DNA of 63,198 bases, filler included, from Reclinomonas americana ATCC 50394 (GCA_048213135.1; 16 parts of 16 records of this genome joined end to end with filler, not necessarily neighbours in it); one strand, 5' to 3'; shown: positions 12,034 through 33,934, counted from the first letter of the whole stretch. A program made the numbers and translations. The notes: generated from the letters alone by a model not told the origin.

Positions 12034-15000
12034 TTACGTGGGATTTTGCATGCGAAGTTCGTAGTCGCCGCTGACGGTGATGTACCGCACCCATGGCAGG
12101 GCTTGGTAGCCGCTGGCCTCTGAGATCTTCAGGTAGCGGACCTGGTGATGGGGAAAGAAGAATGGGAAGGGTGANNNNNNNNNNNNNNNNNNNNNNNNNN
12201 NNNNNNNNNNNNNNNNNNTTAATTAATTAANNNNNNNNNNNNNNNNNNNNNNNNNNNNNNNNNNNNNNNNNNNNGAAGGAAAAGGAGGAAGGAACAGGGG
12301 GATGGAACAGGTGAGGTGGAGGGGGAAGGAACAGGGTGAAGGGGAAGGGGAAGGAACAGGGAGGGAACAGGGGAAAGGAACAAAGGAAGGAACACAGGAA
12401 GGAACAGGGAAGGGGATTGGGGAAAGGATCAAAGGAAGGAACAGGGAAGAAAAAGGGAGAAGGAACAGGGGGGAGGCAGAGCGGGAAGGAAGGGGGAAGG
12501 AAGAGGAGAAAGAGGGGGAAGGAAGAGGGGAATGAAAAGGAGGAGTGAGACAACGAGAGAGAAGAGAGAACGAGAGTGAAAGCAACTGACTATGGAAAAC
12601 GACAAAGCGCACACAAAGAAAGACAGGAGACATTCCTGAACCATCTGCCTCCCCCCTTCTCCTAATATCTCACCTGCAATCCCGACACGGTAAAGTACGG
12701 AATCTCAAAGTTGACACGAATCGGTCTCCGCTCCTCCTTCTCCTCGGCCTCCACGCTCGGCAACCCGAATCGTCCGCGCATAATGTACTCCTTGTTGCCG
12801 GGGAAATTCTTGATGGTCCATACCACGGCGTCGAGTTCTGGTGCGTACCGCACTGTGCCGACATTGGTCTGGAATTTGGGCGTGTCGGCGTCGCTGGGTA
12901 CGGGGATGACAATCTCCACATTGTTGGCGGTGGAGCGCTCCTTGAATTGTGAGCGCGCCTTGGCCACGAATTCGTAGACGCTGTGCGAGTGCGTCTCCAC
13001 GCGGCTGGTGACCCAGATCAGCGGCTTGACGCGTGTGCTCAGGCGGTAGTTCATCAGGTCGAACTGTGTGTGCGAGTGGAAGATGAGAAGGAGTGAGACG
13101 GGGAAAAGGGAGGGTGTGACAGACCTCGCCGTCGGGTGGTACAAAGGAAATGGTCTTGTTGGTGTCGAGAGTGTTGCTTCGCACGCACTGGTGGAATCTG
13201 ATGTCCTCCAGTTCGACGGAGCGTGTTCTCGATCCAGAGGCACCCGCTGTGTGAAGGGATGAATGAGGGAAAGGGAAGGAAAAGAGGAAGCGAAAGGGCG
13301 ATAGGGAGAAGGGAGGTCTCAATGCTTTCCCAACTCCAATTTGGTAAAGGGTGAAGCGAACGGCCTGATACGGCAGCATGGAAAGACATCGAATGTTTTC
13401 TTCTCTCTCTCTCTCTCTCTCCGACGGATTCTCAGGCGTGCATGAAAGGTCACGAGCACCAGAGTGAAGATACGCATACAACTCGCAACCCTCTCTCTCT
13501 CTCCCTTCAACATAAGCACTCTCTTTCGACGATGTGTTCGCACACACATGCCCATACATCTATGCAGGAAACACAAGAGGAAAGTGACAGCAGACGGCTG
13601 CTGTGTATTGTACCGTTCTCGACTACTGCATCTTTCTTACTCTCCTCTTCTACGACGCATGCACACGAATGTTCCCGTGCAGTGGCGACAATTTTAGCAC
13701 GCAGCCACGTCCCATTATCTCTCTCTCTCTCTCTCTCCCCTTCGCACTCACCATTGGCACCGGCACCCAGAATCCGATCATTGAAGCCGATTTTCAACCG
13801 CGGCATACCCGACAGGTACACACGCATCTTTAGTGCGCCGAGCACCTCCGAGCGCAGCAGTGATCCGTTGCTGTTCACCAGCAGGTTGACACTCTCCACC
13901 ACATCCAGGTACACCTCGTTTTTCCTGTGCACGGTTGATGAGACGACGGAGTGAGATTGGGCTGCTGTGTGTGCACGCGAGCGCAACTTGTAGAAAATGT
14001 TCTCACTGCGCCAGCCGACAGGCCCTGTGACGGCCGCCGACAACTTGGCGTCCTTCTTGTCCAGCTTGTGGTACTGTGGGTGGAGAAAAAGGGGGGAGAG
14101 AGGTGAGGAATGGAGAGGGAGAGGGTGCACAAGAGAAGGGAGATGACGGGAGAGAGGGATAAATGACAGAGAGAGTGGGAGAATGTGGCATGGAGAGGGG
14201 AAAGAGGTGAGTAAATGGGGGAAGGGGAAGAGAGAGACAAAGAGGAGAGAGGCTGGGAGAGAGGGGGAGAGGGAGAGTGGCAAGAGAGAGGAGAGGGTGG
14301 GAGTGAGAGAACGAGTGAGAAAGTAACCGAAGGGAGAGGGCGAGGGGGAGAGAGGGCGGCAGCGGAACAGGGAGAAAGGGAAGGTAGGCGGTGAGAGGAA
14401 ATGAAGGAGAGAAAGGGGAGAAAGGAGAAATGGAGAGGAACAGTAAAAGTGAGAAAGTATGCGAGCGAGAGACTGAGTGAGGAGGAGTGAGAGAGGAACA
14501 CAACTGAGTGTGGCAAAGCGAGAGTGCATAGAGTGAGGGCCAGAGAAGGAGAGTAACAGAGAAAGGAGAAAAAAAGAGCGGAACAGTAAGACTGAGATAT
14601 CATTAGAGCGAGCGACAGGGATGAAACACAACTGGGTGCGGCAGAGTGAGAGAGTGCATAGAGTGAGGGCGAGAGAAGGAAAGGAGAGGGTAATAGAGAA
14701 AGGAGAAAATGGAGGAGAACAGTAAGAGTGAGAGAGCATTAGAGCGAGCGACGGGAAGCGAGGGATGAGTGCGGCAGAGTGAAAGAGTGCAAAGAGGAAG
14801 GGACTAATGCGCAACAGGAGCAATCTCCCATCCATTTCCCTTCCTTGAGCACACACCTCCTGCGTGATGTAGTCTTGCAAAACACCGCTCTCCACCGTCT
14901 GTGGGAAGCCAAAATCCATGACCTCGTCCAGCAACTCATACACAATGACAAAGTTGTCGCGGATGCTCTCCTCCTCGACCTCCTTGAAGTACTCCTGGAA

Positions 15001-16523
15001 CACGTGCAGCAGCTTGTACAGGAACTCGAAGACCATCATGATTTGCGTGTTGACTCGGGTGACGCCGACGACTGCGGAAGGGGTGAGGGGAAGGGTGATC
15101 AGAAGGGAAGGGCGATGAGGACGAAAGCGACACAATGCATCGATCAGGAGTCGAGAGCGAGAGGAGAAATCACAGCTCGTGGCAAGCATAGATCGATGCG
15201 ATTCCAAACAAACAAAAAGTGTGAGAAAGAAGAGCCAAGAGAGAAAAGTGGAAGAAGAATGGAAACAGAAGTGCAACAAGTCTCGAACGCATCCTACATG
15301 AATCCCAACTAAGCCAACCCAGTCATCCTTGTCTCTTAACGCTCTCTCTCACTGTGAATGGATCACTCTCGACTCGCCACGCCGCAGATGAGCCTCTTTC
15401 TATGGTGGCAGTGATCGACAGAAAACGCGCTATGGTGCCTCTTGTACGATGGATCAACGCGTGTGAGCGCTTAACTGTCAATCGCAGAAGCTTCTCAGAG
15501 GTGCCCTCAGCAGCAGCCCACAGGCTCCCAATCATCTCGCAAGTGCAACGCGCAATACTACAGAACCTCAACAAGCCTTACAGGCTCTCTCTCAACTCGT
15601 CTCGCTCGCAGAAGCTTCTCAGAGATGCCCTCAGCTGCAGCCCACAGGCTCCCAATCATTCTCGCAAGTGCAACTCGCAATACTACAGAACCTCAACAAG
15701 CCTTACAGGCTCTCTCTCAACTCGTCTCGCTCGCAGAAGCTTCACAGAGGTGCCCTCAGCAGAAGCCCACAGGCTCCCAATGATTCTCGCAAGTGCAACT
15801 CGCAATACTGCAGAACCTCAACAAGCCTTACAGGCTTTCTCTCAACTCGTCTCGCTCGCAGAAGCTTCTCAGAGGTGCATTGCACGTGACCTCTGCTGCA
15901 ACCCAGAGGCTCCCAATCACTCTCGCAAGTGCAACGCGCAACACTACAGAAACTTGCAGGCTTCCTCTCAACTCGGTTCGCTCGCAGAAGCTTCTCAGCG
16001 GTGCATTACACGTGACATCTGCAGCCCAGAGGCTCCCAATCCTTGAAAGTCAACCCTTCTCACAAGTGCAACTCTATGCTGTGCAGGCTTTCTCTCACTG
16101 AACGCCAGAGCAACTTGTCACGCTCGCAGAAGGCACCCACTGAACGCTGGACTCTCGACTCACAAATGAACCGTCTGAAGACGGCCTTCTCCCCACATTC
16201 CCTTCCCCTTCTCTCTCATTGTCTCTCTTCCATTCCCTCCTTCTCTTGGTCATCTGTTCCCCCTCTCTTGCCCATCTCCTCCTTCCAACGCAACAATACA
16301 AATTGTTATGCTTGATAAACGCATAGCTGACGCCATTGTCCTCAAACACCGGCTTCACATTCGAATCCTCGCCCTCAATCACAACCACTATGCCGAAAAA
16401 AACAAAAAATCAAAAGAGTGAATGCAACGTTTCGATTATTTTCGCGCGCCATGTCCACTTGTCACAGAAAAACACAAACACAAAAGAGTGCACGACTCGC
16501 AACAGCACACACTCTGAGAGAGA

Positions 16524-16559
<36 letters not shown>

Positions 16560-16650
16560 CAAGAAGTCTTTCTTTCTCTCACAGAAAGAGTCTCTCTCAC
16601 TTTGTCTCAGTCTCTCCGCACTCTTGCTTCCCTCTATCACGCACACACAC

Positions 16651-16686
<36 letters not shown>

Positions 16687-16976
16687 GAGTGAGAGTGCAG
16701 GAGCGTGCAAACAGAGAGGCAATCAGTGAACACACACACACACACACACTTGTCTCTCTCTCACGCACACACGTACACACACACACTTGTCTCTCTCACA
16801 CATATACACATGCACACACACAGAGCAAGAGAGCGTATGTGAGAGGAGAGAGCGCACAAAGTGACAAGTGCAACACGTGTCTCTCACTTGTCTCACACAC
16901 TCACACGCACTCTCTCTCACAAACACACACACACTCTCTCTCTCACACACACGCACACACAAGAACACACACACAC

Positions 16977-17032
<56 letters not shown>

Positions 17033-17240
17033 CTCTCAATCTCTCTTCTTTTTCTCATACCCTTTTCCTGCCACTTTCCTGCACTTTTCCACCCATTCTC
17101 CTCTCACTCCCTCACTCTCTTTCATGTGCTACGCAACAACCGAAGCGATCGGGGGCGTTGTGAGGGGCGTCGCCGCGATATCGCCGCGAGATGACCACCT
17201 TGCCCTTCAAATCAATCACATACACTGCTGACAAGCCCAT
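12034..17240 (-). CDS. AP1M1: Clathrin adaptor AP-1 complex mu subunit
   Basis: Exons give MGLSAVYVIDLKGKVVISRRYRGD, EEESIRDNFVIVYELLDEVMDFGFPQ, WRSENIFYKKNEVYLDVVE, LSGMPRLKIGFND, VELEDIRFHQCV, SQFKERSTANNVEI, FEIPYFTVSGLQVRYLKI and ALPWVRYIT. Confidence 0.95.
15483..16135. repeat. ~125 bp minisatellite, 5-6 copies, inside an AP-1 mu intron
   Basis: cgcagaag anchors at 15483, 15607, 15732, 15857, 15983 and 16125. Confidence 0.9.
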
Positions 17241-17383
17241 CTCTTACTCTTCCTCTGCTTCTTCTCTCACACGCACACACTCAAGCTCTGTCTCTGCGCT
17301 GCTGTGCAAATGGCCAATTGAACGAAATTGAAGTGTCGAGCCATTGTCCCTCCCGCGCATTTGTAAGGAAACCGTTTCTTGGA

Positions 17384-18411
17384 ATGAGCGACGCGAGAGA
17401 GATTGCCATGTCAGACGATGTCTCCCCCTTCAAGCCTCCTCCGCGCCGCGAGCGCGAGGAGGATGATCATGAAGACCAAGGACCACCTGCGCACAAAGAC
17501 AATTTTGAGGTTGTGTGTTTGCGTACGCGTGTGTGTGTGTGTGAGAGAGATGACGTACGTCACTCACGCGCACGCTCACACAGCACGCCCTGCGTTATGC
17601 GACTGCCACAATTGAGGCGTCGATGGAACGCGAGTATGAAGCACGCCTGCAGGCCGCTCAGGTTTGTGGTCACTCTTCTCTTGCACTCCCTCAGAACCTC
17701 TCCTCCCTCACGCCGATGCATGTCGTGCAGGCTGACGCGCGTGCCGCGCATGCTATTGCAGAGGCCGCACGCGCTGAGACGCTTGCTGCACAGACAGAGA
17801 CACGTGACGCAAAGGCAGCGCTGGCAACAATTGCCAGGCGGGCAGAGGCGTCGATGGAACGCGAGAATGACGCACTCCTGAAGGCTGCTCAGGTTTGTGG
17901 TCACTCTTCTCTTGCACTCCCTCGGAACCTCTCCTCCCTCACACCGACGCATGTCGCGCAGGCTGACGCGCGTGCCGCGCATGCTATTGCAGAGGCCGCA
18001 CTCGCTGAGACGCTTGCTGCACAACTGCAGACAGAGACACGTGACGCAAAGGCAGCGCTCGACACACTGACCACGCGTGTCGTGGATTTGGAACGCATGG
18101 TCAAGAATGCCGGCCTTGCTGAAGTCACAGTCCAGGTGGCTGTTGGCGAGGAGGAGGTGGTGCTCAGGGAGGCTCGGTTCCTCGTCCCCAACAACATGCC
18201 GGTCGGGTGTCCTGCGTTCCTCGAGGTCGTCTCCCAGCGCGCCAACTTTGACCTGAGTACTTACGAGTGCACCGTCGTCGACCAGCGTGGCAACGACATC
18301 GGTGGCAAACTGGTTGGCGCCCGCGGTGACCTGCGCGTTGTTTGCATGTCGCCGCCACCGCCGCCAGCTGAACAGCCACTGCCGCGGCAGGCCCACTGTG
18401 ATATAATGTGA
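17384..18411 (+). CDS. Hypothetical coiled-coil protein with a tandemly duplicated exon+intron module; divergent from AP-1 mu
   Basis: ATG at 17384. GT-AG introns join to EASMEREYEARLQAAQ-ADARAAHAIAEAA repeats. The 231 bp unit occurs at 17614 and 17845. Confidence 0.65.
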
Positions 18412-18627
18412 AATGAACTGTGAACGTGCACTAGTGTGACCGCATCAAGCGATCGAGTCGGCGATCGTTTTCCCAGGCTGCAACAGCGCGCGATGCTGAT
18501 CATGAATTCGAAGAGGTTGACACACGGCTGAGCTGATCACGACTCCGTGCAAAGCTCGCAGTTGTCGTCAGTAAACTCTCCATTTCCCCCACCTAATCCC
18601 CGTCCTCTGCTTTCTGCACAGAACACA

Positions 18628-19100
18628 CAGAGCTTGAGCGGCCATTGTTGTTTCCCGCAATCACCAAATCTGGCAAATTCACTGCCGGCGCGTTCGCTTT
18701 TCATTCCCGGTGTGAGCAAGAGAGGTGGTGTGGGGGTCATTGCGCACTCTAACCATGGCCTCCTCTCGTCGCCTCCCGCTCCTCGAGCTCCTCTCCACCC
18801 TCTGCGCCCTCATGATCATCATCCGGATCCTCTGCATCATCCTCTCGATCGGTCATCAAGCTTGAAGACAGCGCTAGCTGTTGCTTGCTTGTAGGTGATC
18901 ACTGATGAGTTTATTGTTGTTGTTGACGCACAGCCTTGAGCGGCCATGTTGTTTCCCGCAATCACCAAATCTGGCAAATTCACTTGCCGAGTGTTCGCAT
19001 TTCATTCCTGGTGTGAGAAAGAGAGGTGGTGTGGGGGTCATTGCGCACTCCAACCATGGCCTCCTCTCGTCGCCTCCCGCTCCTCCTCTCCACCCTCGGC
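18628..19100 (+). repeat. Direct duplication (~170 bp, offset ~301 bp) of the 5' leader and first codons of the NRF-6-like gene
   Basis: gagcggccat..gtttcccgcaatcaccaaatctggcaaattcac...aaccatggcctcctctcgtcgcctcccgctcctc is present twice, with ATGs at 18755 and 19056. Confidence 0.9.
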
Positions 19101-22100
19101 GCCCTCCTCCTCCTCTTCACCATTGTCGCCATTGACTCAGCCTCGGCGCTGCACCCATTCCACGCACTGGCGCCTCCGCAAATCGCACCCGGTCCGCGCA
19201 CACGAGGCGGAAGTGCAGTCTACATTGACGATGGCGATGAGTGGGGCAGTGGAGGCGGCCCGCCTCACTCGCAGTGCTTTACCGACTTGCAGGCGCTCAT
19301 GGCGAGAACATACCCCAATGCTGCTGCAATGGTGAGCATACACACACACATGCACACACACACTGCACACTAATGTACACTTCTCCTCCCTTTCCTCCCA
19401 CTCTTTGCTCTCTTGTGCATGCTCTCGCGTGTGTGCACAAGTGTGAACGGAACTTTAATGTGCAAGTTTGTGTGCTTGTGTTGCTCTTCTCGTTCACTCC
19501 TCTCTCTCTCTCTCTCATACGCACACACGCACGCATGCACACTGTGTGCAAGTGTGTGCAACAGTGGAGAACGGAACTTTAATGTGTGTTCAAGTTTGCG
19601 TGTTTTCGTGCTCTTGTCACGCTCTCTCGTCTCCTGTCTCTCTCTCCCTCTCACACTGCGTCTCTCTCACTCTCTCCTGTTGCCTTTGTGCTGCTGCCGA
19701 TACTTGTCATGTTCCGACTTATTGATTGACCGCTCAAATGCTCTCTCACTCTTTCTCACTCACACCCTTCCTCGCCTCCCGCGCAGCTCATTGAGGCCAC
19801 TGGCAAGACGATCCCCAACGACGCAGGTGCGTTTGTTTGTTTGCGCGCGTGTTTGTGTTTGTGTGTGACATCTGATCAGCAAATGTCTCACACTTTTCCC
19901 TTTTCGCCCTCCCCTCTTTCACACACACAGGCAACTACGACGCATGCGTGCTCATTCCCAACGCGCACTACTGCCTCCTGCAAGTGATTTCGTCGACCAC
20001 CAACTTTACTTCTTCATACGAGGTCGACATCGACTCGGAGAATTCTCCTGTGTATGAGTATGAGCAGAAGAAGGTCGGCGACGGCGCCGTGACGATTCCG
20101 ATTACGCAACTCGGCATGTGCGTGCCGCTTTCGTGCAACAATACGTCGTTGCCGCCGGCGGTGCAGTACTTTTTGGCCGAGTACAATCTCGTGCACATTC
20201 CCGAGGGAGACTTTGTGTCGGCGTGCACGCTGGAGACGACGGATCACTCGGATGGGTCGCTGCCGACGGGCGCGATTGCCATGGTGGTGGTGTTGTCGGT
20301 GTTTGGTCTGTTGATGGTGCTGGGCACGACGATTGAGCTGTTTGGCTTGTTTGGCGTCAAGTCGAGCAAGAAGACGGAGGGTGCTGGTGGTGCGGCGGGC
20401 GGCGCCAATGGCATTCTGTCGCCGACACCGGCGTCGGCGGCTGCCACTGGCAAGATCGGCAACGGCAATCCGCCCAGTGAGCGCGACTCGCTGCTCGATA
20501 ACGGTGCGCGTGCCATCCCCATATCTCTTTCCCTCCTCTCTTGCTCATTCTTCTTCTTCTTATTCCTCGTTGCGTCCACCAGGCTCCGTCGGCAGCTCAC
20601 CAAGCGGCCGCCACATCCCCGCTCTCGGCTCGATGGCCGGTCTCTCCTCGTACAGCGACATGACGTCGATCCAGTCGCAGGATCTGAAGCGCAGCAGCTA
20701 CGCGGACGCCGACGGCAGCAACCAGCGCCGCAAGCCGCGCAAGTCGTGCATGCATATCCTGGCCGACGTGCTCGCATGCTTCTCCGTCATCACCAACTCG
20801 GAGAAGTTGCTGGCGCCGTCGCCGGATCCGTCGCTGGCCAGTCTCAATGGCATTCGCGTCATCTCCATGTTTTGGATCATTCTCGGCCACACGCAGTCGT
20901 ACTCGCTGACGCTGCCGGGTCTCACCAATCTGGTGCAAGCGACGGCGCAGGGTGGCGTCATTACGCAGTGGCCGATTGTGTTGATCAATGGCGCCGAGTT
21001 TGCCGTCGACACGTTCTTCTTGCTCAGTGGGTTCCTCGTGGCGCACTTGTCGCTGAAGGAGTTGATGCCGTTGCAGAGGCCGGGAGGTGAGGGGTGGAGA
21101 GGGGGGAAGGGAGGGAGAGAGAGAGGGGAAGGGAGGGGCAGAGGAGGATGAAGGGGGAAGGGAATAGGAGGCAGAGGTGGCTAGTGCAAGTTTGTAATTG
21201 TGCTGTGTCAGTGCAAGTGAGCTATTGGTTGCTATCCATTGGTGGTGCTCTCCTGCGTCGTGGAAAGTTGGTGTGTTTGTGTGTTCTCTTTCGCCCAGTC
21301 ATCTGTCACGCTCATCTGTCACGCGCACTGCCTCTTGAGACATCTCTCTGACAGAAGCGTGCGCTGTCCCTACTTCTTTGTTTTACCTGCAACCGCAATG
21401 AGTGGCAGAACCGTGTCCTCCCTTTCATGTGAACATTTCTGTCTCTGACGAGTTGTTTCATCAAGAGTTCGTGCTCAGTGACCCATTCGTCTGTTGTGCG
21501 TTTTCACCCTCACTATAGTACCCTTCTGAGTAATAGCAGAGCGTGCTCACTTGTGCCTTTCTGTCTCTGTGTTCTCTCTTGTTGCGTGCTCTCTTCTCTC
21601 TCTCTCTCTCTGGGACGCTTTTGTCTTCATGTTGAGCAGCGTAGCAATCTATCAAAGGAATGACACTGATGAGAAGTCACATGCTCTTCTCTCTCTCTCT
21701 CTCTATTCGACGCCTCTGCTGCAATTCAGAGCAGCATAGCAACAACATATTCAAGGGAATGACTCACATGCTCTCTCTTCTCTTCCACACTTTGGGCAGA
21801 CATTGTCGCTCTCTCTTTGTAAGACTTTCCTGTTTCGCTTGTGCCGTCTCCGATTTCTGGGCATGTCATCTTCGATGGCTTGGTGTGTCATGTCAGTGCC
21901 CTCCCTTGTGTGCATGCCACTGCGTCCATTCTTTCTGCTGCATACTATTCCCTTCTCGCTCTCCTGCCCCTGCCCGTCCGTTCTCCTTCTCCCTCCCTTC
22001 ATGTCTGTTTATTCACTCGTTTCCCACACAGAACGCCAGCGCAAGGGCCGCCTCAACCTGGTGCTGTACTACGTGCACCGCGTGTGGCGCCTCACGCCGT

Positions 22101-24476
22101 CACTGGCACTCATCCTGCTGGTGTACTGGAAGGTTTGGTGTTCTCCCCCTCTCTCACCTCACAAATCTCCAATCATCTCATTTCCTCGCTCCCTTTGTGT
22201 CTCACTCCTTCTCCCTCCCTCTCCCTCTCCCTCTCCCTCTCCCTCTCCCTCTCCCCCTACCCAGCTCACTCCGTACATTGCCGAACCCGGACCCTTCTGG
22301 TGGGAGTACCAGCAGTTCGTCGACGTCGGCTGCAACAAGTACTGGTGGTCCGACCTGCTGTTCATCGACAACCTGTACCCGTCCAAGTGGACCGACGGTT
22401 GCATGGCCTGGCTGTGGTACTTGGCCAACGACACGTTGCGTCGGTCTCCTTTTGAAATTGAGAGGCTCCCCTCATCTCTGCTCACTCTTTCTCTCTTGCA
22501 GTCAATTCTACGTCATCACCCCCATCTTCCTGTTCTCGTACAAGTTCCGCCGCTGGCTCGGATGGTCGCTGCTTTCGCTGTTCACTGTCGGCAGCCTCGT
22601 GTCCACGGTGCGTCACCTTCTTGCACCAGCATTATCATCATGTGAGGCTCACCCGATCTTCCCCTTACTCCAGGCCGTCGTCGTGCACCTCAACCCCATG
22701 ACGTTGTACCCGCTCGACACCACCGGCAAGACCGAGGCCTACATCACCAACGTGTACTCGAAGCCGTGGACGCGCATCAACACCTACCTCATGGGTATCG
22801 CGCTCGGCTTTGTGTTTGAGTGGCTGGAGAAGCGCAACCAGGAGCAGGCCTCCTCGGCCGCCGCCACCACGACGTACGTCTCGCTGTACGACACGCCCGC
22901 GGGTCCAGTGGAGCAACCGCGCTGGTTAATGATCCGCAACTACACGGTGTACGTGGTCTCGTGCACCATCATGTTGGCGTGCGTTTTCGGTGCCTACGAC
23001 TTGTTCCACCACCGCTCGTTGAGCTGGACACAGACGCAGGAGCTGTTCTACATCAGTTGCGAAACTAGAAAATTGATTGTCTGCGCATTATCTCACTTTC
23101 TCGTGCCAGCGTTTTCGCGATTTGGCTGGTCGTTTGCGATTGCCTTGCTGGTGTGGGTGCTGGCCACGTCGGTGAAGCATCCGTTGCGTGCATTCTGCTT
23201 GGCGAAGGCACCGGTGATGGCGACGATGGATTGCTAACACTGCGAGTCTGTGTGTGCGTGCAGGTCGTTCCCGCACATCAAGGTCGACAACATTTGGCGG
23301 AGGTTCCTCAGCAGCGCCTACTGGGCGCCGTTTGCGCGTCTCACCTGTTGCGTTTGTGTGTCGCTGAGAGGGGAGAGTGGCAGAGTTGTGTGTGGTGCTT
23401 ACGGTCGGTGGCGAGCAGACTCGGCGTACTTGTTGCACCCGATTACGATTCGCTATTTCTTCGCCTCGCGCAAGACGTTTTTCATGTACACCGGACAGGT
23501 GAGCCGTGGTGGGAGAGTGAGAGGGGGAAGGGGAGAAGGAGGAAGGGGAGAAGGGGAGAAGCAACCGTGCGTGTTGGAGAGGGACATTAGAGTGAGTCAT
23601 ATGGATGGCCCCTGGAATCGTGGTGTGTCTTCGATTGCGCGTCTAGTTGTTGGTTCCCAGCATGAAGGAAGCGTATCTGCAAGGTAGAGCGTGCTGAGTC
23701 TTCTCTCTCTGTCAACGTGCGCCTCTGAGTGACAGAGCGCTGAGCTTTCTCTACCTCTCGCTGCGCTTGTCTGTGCATGTTGTGCGCTTGCGCATGTCCG
23801 TGTGTTGAACTCTCTTACTGTACTCGTGTCACATGGTTGTGTACGTGAGAGTCATCTTCTTTCGCACGCTGCACTTGGCTGCGGAATTGTGTGCTGAGGT
23901 GTGTGGTCATTTGATGTGAGAGTGAGAGAGAGTTATGTGCCTCCTCTCTTTCTCGCTGTGTGTTGTGCGCTTGTTAATGCTCGTGCACATGTCCGTGTGT
24001 TGAACTCTCTCACTGTGTTCGTGAGTGTGTATCCGTGCGAGTGAGAGATTGCTCCTCTGTCTCTCGCTGCGCTTGCCTGTGGAATTGTGTGCTGCGGTCT
24101 TCCTCCCCGCGTATGAGCGTCTGTGGTCGCGCAATTGTATATCCGTGCGAGTACGAGAGAGCTAAGCCTTCTCTCTTTCTCATTGTGCTTGCGAACATGC
24201 GTGCTATTTGTGCGCTGATGAGCCCGTGTGCTGTCTGCGTGTGCGTTCTCTTGATTGTCTAGTTGTGCATTCTTTCTTCTGAACTCTTCTCCCGCTCCCT
24301 CCCCTTCCCTTCATCTCCTTCCCCTCCCACAGAGCGTGACGGTGTACGCCATTGCCAACATTCTCTGGGCTTACGTGCTGGCCTACGTGGTGTTTTTGGT
24401 GGTCGAGCGACCCTTTATGAACCTCGAGCGGTTCGTTTTGCCGCATCGCCGCAGCCCAGCCCAACCACAGAAGTAA
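19056..24476 (+). CDS. NRF-6 (nose resistant to fluoxetine 6)-like O-acyltransferase (NRF domain + acyltransferase-3), with signal peptide
   Basis: Motifs GNYDAC, LNGIRVISMFWIILGHT, AVDTFFLLSGFL, YYVHRVWRLTP, CMAWLWYLANDTQFY, YSKPWTRINTYLMG, PFARLTYSAYLLHP and LVVERPF. Confidence 0.9.
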
Positions 24477-25739
24477 TCCGCCCTCCTCCTCCTCCTATTT
24501 CTCTGTCATTTGTCGTCCTCAAAAAAATGTCAAGCAAGTTTTCTAGGTCATTTTCGTTTATCCGCCCTCCCTCATCTCTCATCTCTCCTCTTCTCCTGTG
24601 TCTGTCCCTCTTGTCGTGTTTCGCAAACAATTATAAACGCCCTGTTGATCAAGTTACTCGCGACTGGTGGTGGATGGAAAGATCGGGGTTTTGAATGCAT
24701 TGTGAATTCGTCTGTTCAGCCACGCTGCATTGTGATGCAGTTCTCGACCAGTTCGCAGCTCCGAGCTTGCCAGCTGCATCGGCCTTGGCCACTTGGTCAC
24801 GATCATGCATGTTTGGAAATAATTGCATGGTGAATTCCAAGTAGCACTACTTCTCGGCCCTTTATAGCGATAGACACAATAGTAATAGTACAGCTTCTTC
24901 CCTCCTTGCGAGAACAAAGGAGGTCGATTCCCGCACACGTGAGAAAACAGGAGCGTGGACAATGCTCGCGAGGGCTTGAAACTGGTTGGCACCTGTGTAG
25001 TGAGAGAGAGAGACACTCGCCTTTCTTCCTCTCTCACTCTCTCTTCCACTCTTTCGCACACACGCACACACAGAGTGACAGTCGCGTTGAGTGTGTGTGA
25101 GTGAACGAATAAGAAAAAACAGGCGAGAAAAAAAGGTAATTTGCCTTTGTGAGAGAGTGAGTGTGAGTGAGAGAAGTGTGTGTCTCTCTTTCACAGAGAG
25201 AGAAAACGCGAAAGAGAGCGTTGGCACACAGGAGAGCGCGTGTGAGAGTGGCAATGGCCGATCAGACTCGCTCTCTCTCACACTCTCACACACTCACACA
25301 CGATCGCTCTTTGTTCTCTGTCTGTGTGTGTATGTGTGAGCACTGAGTGTAGAGAGAGAGAGAGAGAATAAGAGAGTGCGATCGATTGTCGGTGTCTGTG
25401 AGAGAAAGAGCAGGCGAATCGTACGTGCACTCAGTGTGAGAGAGAGAGAGGCACGCAGAGACAGTGTGCATTGTGTTGTGTTGTGTGTGAGAGAGTGTGT
25501 GTGTGAGTGAGTGAGCGAATCATGACCAGTTCTTCCTCACTGTCATGACTGACGACGCGTGCGACGAAAAAAGAGTGTCATTTGCGGTTTCCACTCACTT
25601 CTCACACACAGACAGACACACACACCAGTCACCATCGCTCTCTCTCTCTCTTTCTCTATCACACAGAGAATCGCTCATTGCTGTTCATCCGCAATTCTTA
25701 CGCCTTGACCCCTTTGACACAAGAGGGCGTGAGAGCAAA

Positions 25740-33934
<8,195 letters not shown>

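Noticed and set aside
15354..16046. 230-aa repetitive ORF antisense within AP-1 mu
   Set aside because: It is a by-product of a minisatellite whose unit length is mostly not a multiple of 3, so frames rotate between copies.
23340..23425. Idea that GTTGCG introns really start at TT (non-GT donors), with the G left in the exon
   Set aside because: That would turn conserved LTY into LTC and GYLM into a non-conserved sequence, and would need non-AG acceptors. GT-AG cleavage fits the proteins.
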